Below are positions 63,933-64,000 of a stretch of DNA of 64,000 bases, piece after piece. Location of the stretch: contig NC_058368.1 of the NCBI RefSeq assembly GCF_018350175.1, positions 4,030,001 to 4,094,000 of the forward strand, read 5' to 3'. This stretch comes from Felis catus (lineage: Eukaryota). The notes under the pieces were generated by a model that ran no database searches, was not told the DNA's origin, and worked only from the letters and a program-made list of their open reading frames with translations. Position numbers and translations under genes: made by a program. Every line of letters begins with the position of its first letter. Within the stretch, counting starts at the first letter, position 1.

Positions 63933-64000
63933 TGTGATGATTACATTGATAGGTCAACTTGACCGGGCTGAGGGATGCCCAGATAGCCAGAAACATGATT
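63933..64000 (+). mobile_element. Start of an MLT2-like LTR (runs off the window)
   Basis: tgtgatgatta..gtcaacttgaccgggctgagggatgcccagatagc. Confidence 0.85.

Overview
Mammalian, repeat-rich genomic DNA, almost certainly from a felid. It carries about 39 tRNA-Lys-derived Can-SINEs of felid (SINEC_Fc-like) type, a felid-type L1 3' end, older L1/L2/L3/MIR relics, several solo LTRs (MER21-, MER31-, MER34-, MER74-, MLT1- and MLT2-like) and DNA-transposon relics (MER53, MER44, probably MER63). Family names are from my recall of consensus sequences, not from a database search. I recognise no intact known protein-coding gene, rRNA, true tRNA or CRISPR array; nearly all ORFs in the track are SINE or other repeat translations. 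The most interesting signal is tentative: a chain of minus-strand exon-like segments (about 41.6 kb down to 7.9 kb) with canonical splice sites and mostly compatible phases, which may be a decayed multi-exon gene or a lncRNA/smORF gene. Better supported are several retrotransposition curiosities: tandem SINE pairs sharing private variants, reused target sites, two twin-primed inverted L1s and a tail-only insertion that seeded a microsatellite.
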